A program made the translations under genes and the position numbers. Below the pieces are notes generated by a model. The model saw only the letters and a list, made by a program, of their open reading frames with translations. It was not told where the DNA came from and searched no databases. A stretch of 64,000 nt of DNA from NCBI GenBank assembly GCA_009914755.4, contig CP068257.2, positions 32,128,001 to 32,192,000 on the forward strand, written 5' to 3'. Of the stretch, positions 17,035-33,868 are shown piece by piece (position 1 is the stretch's first letter; every line of letters begins with the position of its first letter). The stretch is from the human T2T-CHM13v2.0 reference genome, Homo sapiens.

Positions 17035-19011
17035 CTCCGTTAAAAACAAACCAGATCATTTGTCCTGTAGTTTCTTAATGGCTTAACTTTTGAAGAGTGC
17101 GTCACTGTGGGATTGTCTAATTTGTTTCTGTATTTCCTGTAAATTGATAATTAGATCTAGAGCAAAGTTTCCCAACCCCAGCACTATTGACATTTTGGGC
17201 CCGATAAATCTTTGTTGTTGGGGGATGTCCTGTATACTGTAGGATGTTCAGTAGCATCTGTGGCCACTACTCACTGGATGCTAGATGCCAGTAGCATGAG
17301 CTCCACACCCAGCATGACAATCAGAAATGTCTCCAGACTTTGATAGATGTGCCTTGGGGTACAAAATCTTCCCTGGTTGAGAATTGCGGATCAGATTTGA
17401 TTTTTTTTTTTGTTTTGTTGTTTTGTTTTTGATAAGACTGTGCCAGAGAGGTCTCTGTGTACTCTCCTCAAAAGGCACATAATGTCTCTATTGTGTAATG
17501 ATTTTGAATAGCTATCGATGAGCATTGCCTGGGTCCTACAGGCTTCCTTAAATTTAAATGTTAACTAGAATGGTTTCTTAAGAAGTGTGCATGTTATAGC
17601 TGTATGTTGGTGATTGTCCCTGGAAAATAAACTTTGTCTACAAGACTCACTGCAAAGTTCGTGATTTTCTTGCAGGCCACATTGATAGGGTTGTTTCACA
17701 AATGATCAAGCTCTAATGCAGCTTCCTTTGCCCTTCTCTTCCCTTCTGTTTTGTATGAAAGAGCTTGCCTTTGGCAGTAGACCAGACCAGTTAATAAACA
17801 TCTTATATCTTTGACACACCCAGAACTCTTTAAATCAGGGTATTGAACAGTATCCTAGGGCCCCCTGAAATATAAACTTAAGATCTAACATTAATGGAGG
17901 TTGGTTGACAATTTATTAGGTTGTTCTCATGATACCAGATTATATTGAAATATTTATTTTAAATTTCTCATTTATAACTTATCCTATTTGAGAAAAACGC
18001 TTGAGGCTTCTTCTGTTAGAATGTTATATTCTGGTGCTACACACTAAAAAAGATATTTTAATTAAATGCTTATAATCATAATTTAGGTAAGTGTGGTGAA
18101 AAAACAAGAATTTCAGCCACCTTCTAACTGGTTTACCTAGGACTGGCTAATTGTGAGACACAAAAAGGAACAGAATAAGGAAGAGCGGGCAGGGGTTTCA
18201 TTTTATTTCATTTGCATTTCTTTTTAAAACTGGGTATCTTGCATATGGGTATCTTGCAAAACTAGAGGAACAGAAAAAAGATCAGCAGTTGCCAGGGGAT
18301 GGGGGCAAAGGAGGGAGTTGCTACAATCAGATGTGGAATTTTAGGTAGAGCTGACACTATTCTGTATGTTGTGGTTCATGTTTGTCAAAACTCTCAGACC
18401 TATACTCTAGAAGGTGTGCATTCTACTTTATGGAAATTATAACAAAAAAAGTTTATAGCACCTAAGGAAATTTCAGAATTAAGAAGGTTTCTTAATTTTT
18501 GGCATTGGCAAAACCAGTTTCCCATTGCATTTGTCCTGTTGACATTCTAGTGAATGGATGTGTTGTCATGTATCTTCTTTTGATGGTCCAGAAATTGTTT
18601 AGTAAAATCACATTCTTGGACTTGCCAGGAGAATGTTTGCTGTAATTAGCTACTTGGGCAAGTTCATTATGAAGAATGATGGAGATTGAATCCTGAGATT
18701 GAGGAAGAGGAAACACTTAGACTCTGTGGCTGGAGTTCATAAAGATCCACTGTGTAGGCCTAGATTAAGGGGTGGCCAGCTCTGCCCAGTGGGCCGAATC
18801 TGGCCTGCATCTGTTTTTGTGAAGAAAGTTTTTATCGTACAAATAGCCATGCCCATTCATTTATATGTTGTCTATGGCTACTTTCTGCCAAAATGACAGA
18901 ATTCAGTATGATAAGGATTGTATGTCTTATAAACTGTAAAATATTTACTACCTGACCCTTTACTGATAGTTTGTCATTTCCTGGTCTAGAGCAGAACATT
19001 TAACAATATAG

Positions 19012-19377
19012 AGCTGGGTATGGTGGCTTATGCCTATAATCCCAGCGATTTGATAGGCTCACTTGAGGCCAGGACAGATCAGCCTGGGCAACACAGTGAG
19101 ACCCCCATCTCTACAAAATATTTTAAAAATTAGCTAGGCATGGTGGCGCACACCTTGTAATCTCACGTTTGGGAGGCTGAGGCAGGAGGATCATTTAAGC
19201 CCGGAAAGGCTGTGGTGAACTATGATCTTGACTGCAGTGAGGCTGCAGTGAACTGTGATCATGACTGCAGTGAGTCTGCAGTGAGCTGTGATCATGACTG
19301 CAGTGAGGCTGCAGTGAACTGTGATCATGTCATTGCACATCAGCCTGGGTAACAGTGAGAGCTCATCTGTTAAAAAA
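19012..19377 (+). mobile_element. Alu SINE carrying an internal 33-bp minisatellite expansion
   Basis: GCTGGGTATGGTGGCTTATGCCTATAATCCCAGCGATTTGATAGGC … CAGCCTGGGTAACAGTGAGAGCTCATCTG + A tail. The right-arm segment GCTGCAGTGA(G/A)CTGTGATCATGACTGCAGTGAG is repeated. Confidence 0.85.
19210..19335. repeat. 33-bp minisatellite x about 3.4 (CTGCAGTGAACTGTGATCATGACTGCAGTGAGG) inside an Alu right arm
   Basis: Three near-identical consecutive 33-bp units plus a partial fourth, read directly. Confidence 0.85.
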
Positions 19378-19655
19378 GATTCATGGAATATGAGTGTATT
19401 ATATGTTAAATATGCAAAGGTTGGGGAAGAGTATCATTATAATCATAGCATTTGTTGAATGAGGAACACTGTCCCAACTACCTGTAATTTTATCTTTGCA
19501 GCAGTATAAAATAGGTACTATTTTGACAAAATGAGGGACAAAGAGACTCAGTTGGCCTGTGGTCAATAAGAAAACATAACTTTTAAATCACTAATGAATA
19601 GTAAAAAGCATGAATTTTCATGAAACCGGATTACAGTTAACTTTTTGTTGAATAG

Positions 19656-19793
19656 GAATCTTTCTGACATTGATCAAGATGGAAAACTTACAGCAGAGGA
19701 ATTTATCCTGGCAATGCACCTCATTGATGTAGCTATGTCTGGCCAACCACTGCCACCTGTCCTGCCTCCAGAATACATTCCACCTTCTTTTAG
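19656..19793 (+). CDS. ITSN1: ITSN1 coding exon (tent. exon 10), EH2 EF-hand loop: (W)[45 protein letters not shown](R)
   Basis: Acceptor ctttttgttgaatAG at 19654-19655, donor GTAAGG at 19794. [13 protein letters not shown] is a canonical EF-hand/EH calcium-binding loop. Confidence 0.9.
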
Positions 19794-20650
19794 GTAAGGA
19801 ACATGGGCTCTGATCAGGAATTGTATGCGGAGTATATGAATTCCAAACTTGGCTTTATTGACTATGTGTCTTACCTGATTTTCATCCCTGACAAGGAAAC
19901 TAAGTATCCGTGAATTCTAGAGACTCTCATCTAGGTCTATGTTAATCTTGGGCCCATTTTGTTCTTCAAAGTACTTGAAGTATATTAGTGAAACAATGAA
20001 GTAAAACATCAATAGATTGTTGATTTTCTACCAACCTATGTCATCAATGCTTACCAGAAATTTTCACAACAGATGCCAGCAGCAAGAGAGAAACTGCATG
20101 AGCCTATGCATAGAGAAGAAACCAAGGAGATCACACTTGTGAATTCCACACATTTCAGTGGTAACAAAAGCTGCTAGCAATGTAGAAATTATAATCAGGA
20201 AGACAAAGAAAATTACCCTGGACTGAAAGACAGTCTCAGTAAAGATGTCAAGAGAGTCACCTGAGGTCCAGTATTGTGACTGGCATCCTCATTTACATCC
20301 ATGCATGCATGCACACGCTGTCCAGGACAGCTCTGTCTCCTGGCTTTGAACATAAAAACTGAATATGAGATCTTACAAGTACAAAGGAGAATGAAAGAAA
20401 GATTAAGATTTCTGACCTGAGTCCTCAAACTGCAGGAAGGACTGGGGCAAAATCCCCTTTAAATGAAGAGAAATAGAGCCATTACTGTCAGCACACACGT
20501 GGTACAGGAGCAAGCTGAGGAAACTGTGACTATGTAGGAAGCAACAGATAGCTGAGGCACTTTGCCTGTGAAATCCCACAACTGCAACATTGGAAGCTGA
20601 TAATGAATGCGTAAAAAGGATTGGGAGACGGTTTAAACACAGCAAAGTTA

Positions 20651-21035
<385 letters not shown>

Positions 21036-21490
21036 TTACGAACTATATAGACATTGCATGTGTTTCTTAGGGGGTGAAATGGAGAGATGGGAAAGGGAAG
21101 AGAGATGCTCCTAGTGAGCTGAGCTGCTGATCTTCCCTTGGAGGAATTTAAGGTTACTTGAGAGGGCAATGGAAATAGCAGCTCCCACTTAGTGCTCACC
21201 ATGTCCCAGGCATTGTTCTTACCACTTTTTGATTATTAACTACTTTCATCCTTTGGAATTGTTTCAATTTTGGTGGTGATTCTTAAGCTTGGCACTCAGA
21301 GTCTGATGACATTCCAATATTCATTAAAAAACTCTTTGTAAATAGAGAAGACCAAATCTTTATATTTTCCTTACTGTAAATGAAATTTGCTCCATGGCAT
21401 GGTAAAATCTTTAAAAATCCTTCTTCATAACTTGTCCAACTCCACCCAGACAGCTCTGTGTGAATCTATTTTTCTTTTTCCCCGCAATTG

Positions 21491-21496
21491 CAGAAG
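21491..21496 (+). promoter_or_regulatory. ITSN1: Tandem NAGNAG acceptor (CAGAAG) at the 3' splice site of the following exon
   Basis: CAG|AAG: use of the distal AAG would delete one Arg codon (FRRVRS becomes FRVRS) without a frameshift. Confidence 0.5.
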
Positions 21497-21609
21497 AGTT
21501 CGATCTGGCAGTGGTATATCTGTCATAAGCTCAACATCTGTAGATCAGAGGCTACCAGAGGAACCAGTTTTAGAAGATGAACAACAACAATTAGAAAAGA
21601 AATTACCTG
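21494..21609 (+). CDS. ITSN1: ITSN1 coding exon (tent. exon 11), EH2-coiled-coil linker: (R)[38 protein letters not shown](V)
   Basis: Acceptor tttttccccgcaattgcAG at 21492-21493, donor GTAAGG at 21610. Start assumes the proximal CAG acceptor (two Arg), consistent with my recollection of the ITSN1 protein. Confidence 0.85.
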
Positions 21610-22060
21610 GTAAGGCAGCCTTTATGTTGAGTTAAATCATTTAGATTAAACGAAATTAGAGATTTCCTATCTCTAAGACAAAGATAGAGGTAAACATAAA
21701 TTTAGTTTTTGACATTTTTGCCTTGTAACTTAACTGACCTTAGTTGGAGATAATTGTTAATTAAGCTTGTGGATTTGGGTCTGGATAGAGAAATAAGAAC
21801 ATTATGCACTCTGCTAATGCACCGTTGTTCTAACTTGTAACTTGAAATCTGATTATAAACTGCTAAACAAAAATTATGTAAATGTTATCCATAGAATATA
21901 CAGCACTAAAAACTGATGAGTATTAAGGTGATTGCTTAATACCACCAGTGCAGAAATAGAAAATCAAATCATCTACTGTTGTTTTCTCATGTTGTTATAA
22001 GAGAATTGGAAACTCCTTAATTGCAGGAACCTATTTTAAATTTAATGTGAACCTATTTTA

Positions 22061-22360
22061 TTTTATTTATTTTGTTTTTTGAGATGGAGTCTCACTCTGT
22101 TACCCAGGCAGGAGTGGAGTGGCGCAATCTAGGCTCACTGCAACCTCCGCCTCCCAGGTTCAAGTGATTCTCCTGCCTCAGCCTCTGGAGTAGTTGGGAC
22201 TACAGGCACATGCACCACGCCCGGCTAATTTTTGTATTTTTAGTAGAGATGGGGTTTCACCATGTTGGCCAGGCTGATCTCAAACTCCTGACCTCAAGTG
22301 ATCCACCTACCTCAGCCTCCCAAAGTGCTGGGATTATAGGCGTGAGTCACTGTGCCCAGC
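22061..22360 (-). mobile_element. Alu SINE, antisense
   Basis: T-rich start GAGATGGAGTCTCACTCTGTTACCCAGGCAGGAGTGGAGTGG … GAGTCACTGTGCCCAGC; TSD TGAACCTATTTTA on both sides. Confidence 0.92.
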
Positions 22361-23369
22361 TGAACCTATTTTAAATAATACTCATTTACAATGATAAATC
22401 CATCATACTATTAAAATATTCTAAGGTGGCTATGAATTATTAATGATGAGATGATAATGATACTAAGAAGCAAATGAAATTATGGAGTCTTTTATGATAA
22501 ATACTTTGTCAGTGTCATTTTGCTGCATTTAAGATGCTCAGCAGTTAATTGGTCTGGTCAGAACACTGGCTGTCCCAGTTTATTGTCTAAACTAAATTAC
22601 CTTTTGTTCACTGATGAAATACTATTGGAAATATTTTACGTGCAAGCCTGCATGTTGAGCAAAGAATCTAAATGTTAATACATGGTTCATACTTTCTAGA
22701 ACCTTTAAAATATATTAGAGGATTTAAGACATCCATATAAGCAATCACTTCAGCAGTATGTGAGTGGGATAAATTCCTGGAGAGTATTATAGATGCACAA
22801 CAGACCTCACTTATGGTTGGTTGGTGTAGACTGGGGAAGATATGAGGAATTAAATGTCTGTGGAAGAGGTCACAGTTGAGTTGAGAGTTGAAGATGAATA
22901 GGGTCACCACAAGTGGAAGTGAGAATAGTTCAGGTTTTGATAACAATGAGAATGAAATTTCAATGGCAGATAAGGACAGGAATGCTTGGAATGCAGAATT
23001 TTCTTTTTCTGTTTTTAGTAGACATTCATTTAAAATTTTGAACAGGAAGCAACATTATCAGAGATTTCATTTGTGCATTCATTCCTTCAACAGCCGTTTA
23101 TTATATGCCTCCTACATACTAGGAATATTGCCAGATGCTGGAATTAAAAAGATGTATAGAGACTTGGAGAGTTTTTTAAATTGAGATGAGATTCACATAA
23201 TACAAAATGTACAGTTCAGAGGCTGTCTTAGTCTGCTTGGACTACCATAACAAAATAGCATAGACCGGGCAGCTTGAACAGTGGGAATTTTATCTCTCAC
23301 CGTTCTGGAGGCTGGAAGTCCAAGATCACGGTGTGCAGATTTGGTTCCCAGTGAGGGCCCTCTTCGTAG

Positions 23370-23777
<408 letters not shown>

Positions 23778-23805
23778 AGTCCCTGTCTTTTTATAAGGAT
23801 ATTAA

Positions 23806-24143
<338 letters not shown>

Positions 24144-24544
24144 AGCTAATCTAATCTTAACCTTCCAGAGGCTCCATCTCCAAATATCACATTAGGGTAA
24201 TTAGGGCTTAAACATATGGATTTTGGTGAGGCGACACAAACATTCAGTTCCTAACAATGACATTTAGTGCATTCACAGTGCCTTGCAGCCACAACCTCTC
24301 TTGTCCCAAGATACTTTCCTCACCTCACAACAAAACTCCATATCCATCACTCCCTCCAGCCCCTGGCAACCACCAATCTGCTTTCTGATTCTTGGGATTT
24401 ACCTGTTGTGGATATTTCATATAAATGGAATCATATATGACTGTTTATGACTGACATCTTTCACTTGGCACAATATTTTTGAGATTCATCCACCTTGCAG
24501 CATGTATCATTACATCATCCCTTTCTGTGGGAGGGGGACTTTGA

Positions 24545-24846
<302 letters not shown>

Positions 24847-25841
24847 AGGACTTTGAATTTTAAGATATCAGAGTAGAGGATACCATCTCCTCTGAAATCA
24901 CCAAAGGTGAGCAAGAAAACCAAAACATACTTGCCCGCTTTCATCTCTAATCGCTGACTACAGTACGTGAAGGAAGTCTGTCTAAAGCAGTGAAGTCCAA
25001 ACAGGAATGTGGGAAGAAGCCAAAGATGGATGCTCACAGCTGCAGATCTCAAGGCAGAGTGAGAAGCAATGGTTCTTAGATGTGGACCAGGGACTGGCAT
25101 GCTGCACAGGGTGGCAATGAGTGCTCCCCTGGCCGGCGTTGGTACCAAGGAGGATTGCGTGAGGCCAACACAGAAATGAAATAGACACTGCTGAGGACAG
25201 TAAGGGACAAGGATGATGGGATTGTAGAAAATGAAGAAATAAAATGGACATAAAGTATTAGAAAAAAAAGGATAGAACTGAGTAATCATTCTAAATTTAT
25301 AATTGATGTGTTAAAGAAGGAAACTGAATAATGGGTTAGAAAAAATTGTTGACTGACTGTGATCTCCATAGGGATCAGGGCACAGCTTGTTCTTCAGTGT
25401 GAAAAGCCGAATGCTCACCTTTCACTCTGCTTTGAGAAATCTTGTTAGAATAGAGGACTCATCAGCACGGTTACAAGGCAAAGGGAAGGAGGGAGAGAGA
25501 CAGAGACTCATGGTCCAGAAGAGAGGGGGTTAATTCCTAGGGCAAGCTCATGGGAAGAAGGGAAAGGATGGAGTAACAGGGAAGGAAAGGAGTCTGGATG
25601 GTGATGTAGAACTGCTAGATAAGGATCTTTTAGAAACAGTGTTTGGCGTGGAGGAGAAGATATAAACAGAGAGGTTAGGCAAAGGGGGTTTTCGTTGTGC
25701 TCATTAACAAGGACACAGAAGCTTAGGGAGTTCTGGGTTTGGGTTTGTACTACAAATTTCAAATACATTGGTGAGTTTTCCTTTGAAAAGAGTCCGTTGA
25801 AAATCTTGAGTTTTCATAGTTGCTGTGTTCCTTGTCTGAAG

Positions 25842-26104
25842 TAACGTTTGAAGATAAGAAGCGGGAGAACTTTGAACGTGGCAACCTGGAACTGGAGAAA
25901 CGAAGGCAAGCTCTCCTGGAACAGCAGCGCAAGGAGCAGGAGCGCCTGGCCCAGCTGGAGCGGGCGGAGCAGGAGAGGAAGGAGCGTGAGCGCCAGGAGC
26001 AAGAGCGCAAAAGACAACTGGAACTGGAGAAGCAACTGGAAAAGCAGCGGGAGCTAGAACGGCAGAGAGAGGAGGAGAGGAGGAAAGAAATTGAGAGGCG
26101 AGAG
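25842..26104 (+). CDS. ITSN1: ITSN1 coding exon (tent. exon 12), start of KLERQ coiled-coil: (V)[87 protein letters not shown]
   Basis: Acceptor ttccttgtctgaAG at 25840-25841, donor GTAAGC at 26105. 263 nt; charged heptad-like E/R/K/Q repeat typical of the intersectin coiled-coil. Confidence 0.9.
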
Positions 26105-26749
26105 GTAAGCAGGCGAGAGTGGAGCCACCCGGAGTTAGTGTGCGATCACCCCTTTTCAGAATTATCCAAGTGATCTATTCACGCCATCTTTGTCTTTTTA
26201 CAATTCAGTAGTTTTAGTATATTCCCAAAGTTGTGCAACCATCGTCCCTAATTCCAGAACATTTTCATCACTCCAGCTCTTTACCCATTAAGCAGCTACT
26301 CCCCATTTCTTTCTCCCTCCAGCTCCTATCATTAATTTTACTTTCTATCTTTCTAGATTTACTTATTCAGGACATTTTTTATAAATGGAATCATCAATAT
26401 ATGGACTTTTGTTTCTGGCTTTCATTTAGCATAATGTTTTCAAGGTTCATCCACATTGTAAAATGAATCAGTCCTTTATTCCTGTTTATGGCTGAGTAAT
26501 ATTTCGTTATATGGGTATACCACATTTTTTAATTCATTCAGCAGTTGATGGTCATTGTGGCTATTATAAACAATGATGTTATGAACATTAATGTACAAGT
26601 TTTTGATGATACAATTTTGTAACAAACCACTGATACCAGTAAAGTGTTTTTCCAGACTGTTTTCTCTGTATACACCTATATAAAAATATAAAGGTTTATA
26701 TGGCGGAGAGTGTAAGGGCTGTATAATTTTTTAAAAACCACTGTAATAG

Positions 26750-27104
<355 letters not shown>

Positions 27105-27301
27105 TAAACTCTTTTAAAAATATGTCTGGGACATCCTCCCTATATTCTATGGAAGGCTTCGTAAATTTAGCGCCATACCTGGAAAGGGGCTAAGCAAATC
27201 TTGTCTCTCTTTCCAATTTTAGTACATTACTGCAGAAGCAACACATGGTTCTTTCATGTGAATGAAAGATAAAAATGAGGAATTTTTCGATGTAAAAAAA
27301 T

Positions 27302-27448
27302 AGCCTGAGTGCTGTGCCTCAAGCCTGTAATCCCAGCACTTTGGGAGGCTAAGGAGGGATGATCACTTGAGGCCAGTAGTTGGAGGCCACTGCATTCCAG
27401 CCTAGGTGACAGAGCAAGAACCTGTCTCAAAAAAAGAAAGAAACAAAA
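27302..27448 (+). mobile_element. Internally deleted Alu fragment (about 145 bp)
   Basis: CTGAGTGCTGTGCCTCAAGCCTGTAATCCCAGCACTTTGGGAGGCTAAGG … CCACTGCATTCCAGCCTAGGTGACAGAGCAAGAACCTGTCTCAAAAAAAG. Confidence 0.75.
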
Positions 27449-27461
27449 CTTATAGCCATAA

Positions 27462-27800
<339 letters not shown>

Positions 27801-28509
27801 TAATTTTCAGAATGAACAAAGATAGGCAAACTTTTCTTCAACGTACCAAAAAAATGATATTCTAGAGTATTTATTCAGAATTATTTAATAGACATTTACC
27901 ATGTATCAGGTGTAGTTGGATGACCCATGAGTCAGAGGCAATTCCCATAGACTGTCAGATGCTCTGATATGTACTCTATCTAGCAGTCGTCAGAGCCAGT
28001 CGTTGGAGGGAGCAAAAGCTTTTGTGGTAAAAAGGAAATGAATGATTAGGAAGTGGGGAGTCGCAGACTTTTAAAACGAGTTAAGTAATAATTTCTCTTT
28101 TGGTGGAGTAAAATCAACTCTTGTTTGTTTTTGTTCAGGGGTGTTTTAGTTTGATTTTACTACATAAATTTTCCTTCTTGGCGTGTCAGTAAATAAGAAG
28201 GAGCATTTTTAGTTAGCACATCAAGCATTCTTGAAGGCATAAAGAATGGAATTCTAATGGGGAAATAATCCTGTCATCTTACGTAAATATAGTATTATGT
28301 AAATATAATACCCAGTTCTGTGTATTCCCTTTATTCCCATAGAAGGAATACTGTATTTTTATGTAATTTTTTGTTTTCTAATGTGATTTCTTGTAATGTT
28401 TAATATTTCATCCCTAAAAGGAAAGACTTCCTAGATGCCATTTTTGTGAAAAGACATTGTGTAGTGTAAGAACTGAAAAATTAGTAATTTGTCTCTGTAA
28501 ATGTCACAG

Positions 28510-28659
28510 GCTGCAAAACGGGAACTTGAAAGGCAACGACAACTTGAGTGGGAACGGAATCGAAGGCAAGAACTACTAAATCAAAGAAACAAAGAACAAG
28601 AGGACATAGTTGTACTGAAAGCAAAGAAAAAGACTTTGGAATTTGAATTAGAAGCTCTA
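28510..28659 (+). CDS. ITSN1: ITSN1 coding exon (tent. exon 13), coiled-coil: [50 protein letters not shown]
   Basis: Acceptor tctctgtaaatgtcacAG at 28508-28509, donor GTGAGT at 28660. 150 nt, phase 0 on both sides. Confidence 0.9.
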
Positions 28660-28748
28660 GTGAGTGAAGTTTGGTTATACTTTGAAAATATACTAAGATG
28701 GAACCATTAAAAACAGTAATAATTTTTATTATCTTTCATTTGTTCAAG

Positions 28749-28889
28749 AATGATAAAAAGCATCAACTAGAAGGGAAACTTCAAGATATCAGATGTCGAT
28801 TGACCACCCAAAGGCAAGAAATTGAGAGCACAAACAAATCTAGAGAGTTGAGAATTGCCGAAATCACCCATCTACAGCAACAATTACAG
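28749..28889 (+). CDS. ITSN1: ITSN1 coding exon (tent. exon 14), coiled-coil: [47 protein letters not shown]
   Basis: Acceptor tttattatctttcatttgttcaAG at 28747-28748, donor GTGAGG at 28890. 141 nt, phase 0. Confidence 0.9.
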
Positions 28890-29689
28890 GTGAGGAAATA
28901 TGCCTCTTAAAAGCTATTATATTAAACTGGCATCCTTTTCTCTAATTCATTTCATTTACTTACTTATTCAGTAAACATTAAGCAACTGTCTTGTACTAGG
29001 CACTGGGAAGCAAAAATGAAGTAGACAGGGTCCTTGTGTGAAAAGTAGCCTGTCAAGGAGACAAACTCAGCAAATATTTACTGAGCACTGCTTCGGGCCA
29101 GGTGCTTTTGCAGTTTCTGAGGCTACAGCAGGGACAGACACTCTGTCTTCTGGGAGCTTACCCTCTGTTTGCAGGAGGAACAGAGACTAACAAAATAAAG
29201 TGTGTACTGTATTAGAAGATGAAAAGTGCTATGGAGAGTGAGTAGGGAAGGGAATAGAGAGTCCTAGGGATAGGAAATGTTGTGATTTTAACTAAGGTAG
29301 CCAAGACAGGTCTTTCTGGATGGTGACATTTGAGCAGAGACTTGAAATTAATGACAGGCTAAGCCATGTGGGTATCTGGCAGAGCAAGATCTAGGCAGGG
29401 AAATAGTGCCAAAGTCCTGAGGTCGTAGCAGGACTCTGAGATGCCAGTTACAGCAAGGAGACTACTGGGTAGAGCAGGTGGGAGCTGGATCACACAGAAC
29501 CTGTAGTCCACCAACAGGACTTTGGCTTTACTGTGGTAATTACAATAAATAAGTACACTTAAGTATTTTAGGGGGTCATATGAGAGCTATATGTATACTA
29601 AATAGTTGGAGACATACAGAGCACTTTTAGTAGTTCTGTCTTCATTTTAAAGCCTATCCAAAGTTGTTATAATATCACCTGGTTTGGTA

Positions 29690-30050
29690 TCAAGTGCTGA
29701 ACTACAGGGGCATCAAATTCATGTAAATATTGCCTGTGGATGATCATATTTGCCTGTGATTCCTTTATGTTAGGCTTTTTCTCAGCATGATGTTTTTGAG
29801 ATGTGTCCATGTTACTGAGTGAATGACTCTTTTGTTTCTTTTCATCACTGAGTAGTGTTTCCTTATGTGTCCATTCACCTATTGGTTGATATTCAGGTTC
29901 TTTCCAGTGTGGAACTTTTATGAATAAAACTGCAGTGAGCATTTATGTACAAGTCTTTATGTGGAAATGGTTTATTTCTCTTGGGTAAACTTTTAGGAAT
30001 GGAACTACTGTGTCATGTAAGTGTATATTTAACCCCATAAGAAACTGTCA
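29690..30050 (-). mobile_element. Old L1 fragment, antisense (ORF2 3' region), left piece
   Basis: Matches the antisense of the L1 ORF2 distal region. The minus-strand ORF 29667-29942 resembles the L1 ORF2p C-terminus. Confidence 0.6.
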
Positions 30051-30372
30051 GGCTGGGCACAGTGGGTCACACCTGTAAACCCAATACTTTGAGAGGGCAA
30101 GGTAAGAGGATTGCTTGAGCTCAGGAGTTTGAGACCAGCCTGGGAAACATAGCAAGACCCCATCTCTAAAAAAAAAAAAAAAAAACTTAAAAATTAGCTG
30201 GCATGGGGGCGTTCACCTGTAGTACCTGCCTGAGGCAGGAAGACCACTTGAGCCCACGATATCGAGGCTGCAGTGAGCTATGATTGAGCCACTGACTGCC
30301 TGGGCCACAGAATGAGACCCTGTTCAAAAAAAAAAAAAAAAAGAGAGAGAAAAGAGAAAGGAAAGAAAGAGA
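30051..30372 (+). mobile_element. Alu SINE inserted into the antisense L1
   Basis: GGCTGGGCACAGTGGGTCACACCTGTAAACCCAATACTTTGAGAGGGCAAGG … A16(GAGA)n tail. Confidence 0.88.
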
Positions 30373-32658
<2,286 letters not shown>

Positions 32659-33610
32659 TATAATATTCTCTTATTGTATGTAAGTCTGTAGTATCTGTAG
32701 TGATGTCTCTTCTTTCTTTACTGATATTGGTAATTTGTGTCCTCTCACTCTGTCTCCGTGCTTCCTTCTCCTTTTCCTTCCTAACCCCTTCTTCTCTCCT
32801 TTCTCCTACTCTATCTCTCCTCCTTCTTCTTTTCTTGATCAGTCTATCTGGAGTTTGTTTATTTTTAAAAAATAAGTTCTTGGCTCTATTGATTTTTTTT
32901 TTTTTAGTAAGCCCTTGGCTTTATTGATTTTCTCTGTGGTATGTCTGTTTTCTGCTTTATTTTTGTTCTTTTTCTCTTGTTTCTTCCATTTACTTATTTG
33001 GGGTTTAATTTTCTTTTCTCAAGCTTCATAAGGAGGAAGTTTAGATAATTGATTTTGGACCTTTCATCATTTTTGATACAAACATTTTAAGCTTTAAATG
33101 TCCATCTAAACACTGACATTGCCATATCCCACAAATTTTTAATATGTTGCATTTTCATATTTATTCAATTCAAAATCTTTTTTAAATTTTCTTTGTAATT
33201 TCTTCTAATTCTTTCACCTTTATTGAGATTTATGGCTCAGCATATGCTCTGTCTTGGGGAATATTCTATGGGCGCTTGAAAAGAATGTGCATGCTGTTGT
33301 AATTAGGTAGAGTGTTCCCTAAATATCAGTTAGATCAAGTTGATTCATGGTGGTCTTCAAGTCTCCTGTGTCTTGACTGATTTTGTGACTACTTTTATTA
33401 GCTACTGAGAGTGGAACACTGAAATCCTGATCATTGTGGATTTGTATATCTTCCTTTCATTTCTGTTCAATTATTGTTTCATGTACTTTGAAGTCCTAAG
33501 AAACTCCTTATACATTTGAAATTTGAGATTTGTAAAGGAAAAAGTACCAGAAGTTGATTGCTGGAAATTATTTTAAAATATTACAAAATGCATGCACCTT
33601 TTTAAAGTAT
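32659..33610 (-). mobile_element. Old L1 fragment, antisense, continuation (CT-rich low-complexity segment at 32700-32840)
   Basis: Continuation of the same antisense L1 sequence on the far side of the AluY insertion. Confidence 0.55.

Positions 33611-33868
<258 letters not shown>

Noticed and set aside
25820-26173. Track ORF covering the coiled-coil exon, and similarly 3896-4111, 28501-28710, 53631-53822
   Set aside because: Not rejected as coding. These ORFs over-extend into introns and start at alternative-start codons. The real exon limits are set by the splice sites (25842-26104 etc.), so the ORF coordinates were not used as feature boundaries.
28980-29530. Possible ancient interspersed repeat (…AATATTTACTGAGCACTGCTTCGGGCCAGGTGC…GACATTTGAGCAGAGACTTGAAATTAATGACAGGCTAAGCCATGTGGGTATCTGGCAGAGCAAG…)
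   Set aside because: It resembles a mammalian-wide repeat consensus I cannot name with confidence, and there is no clear boundary evidence. Left unannotated rather than guessed.
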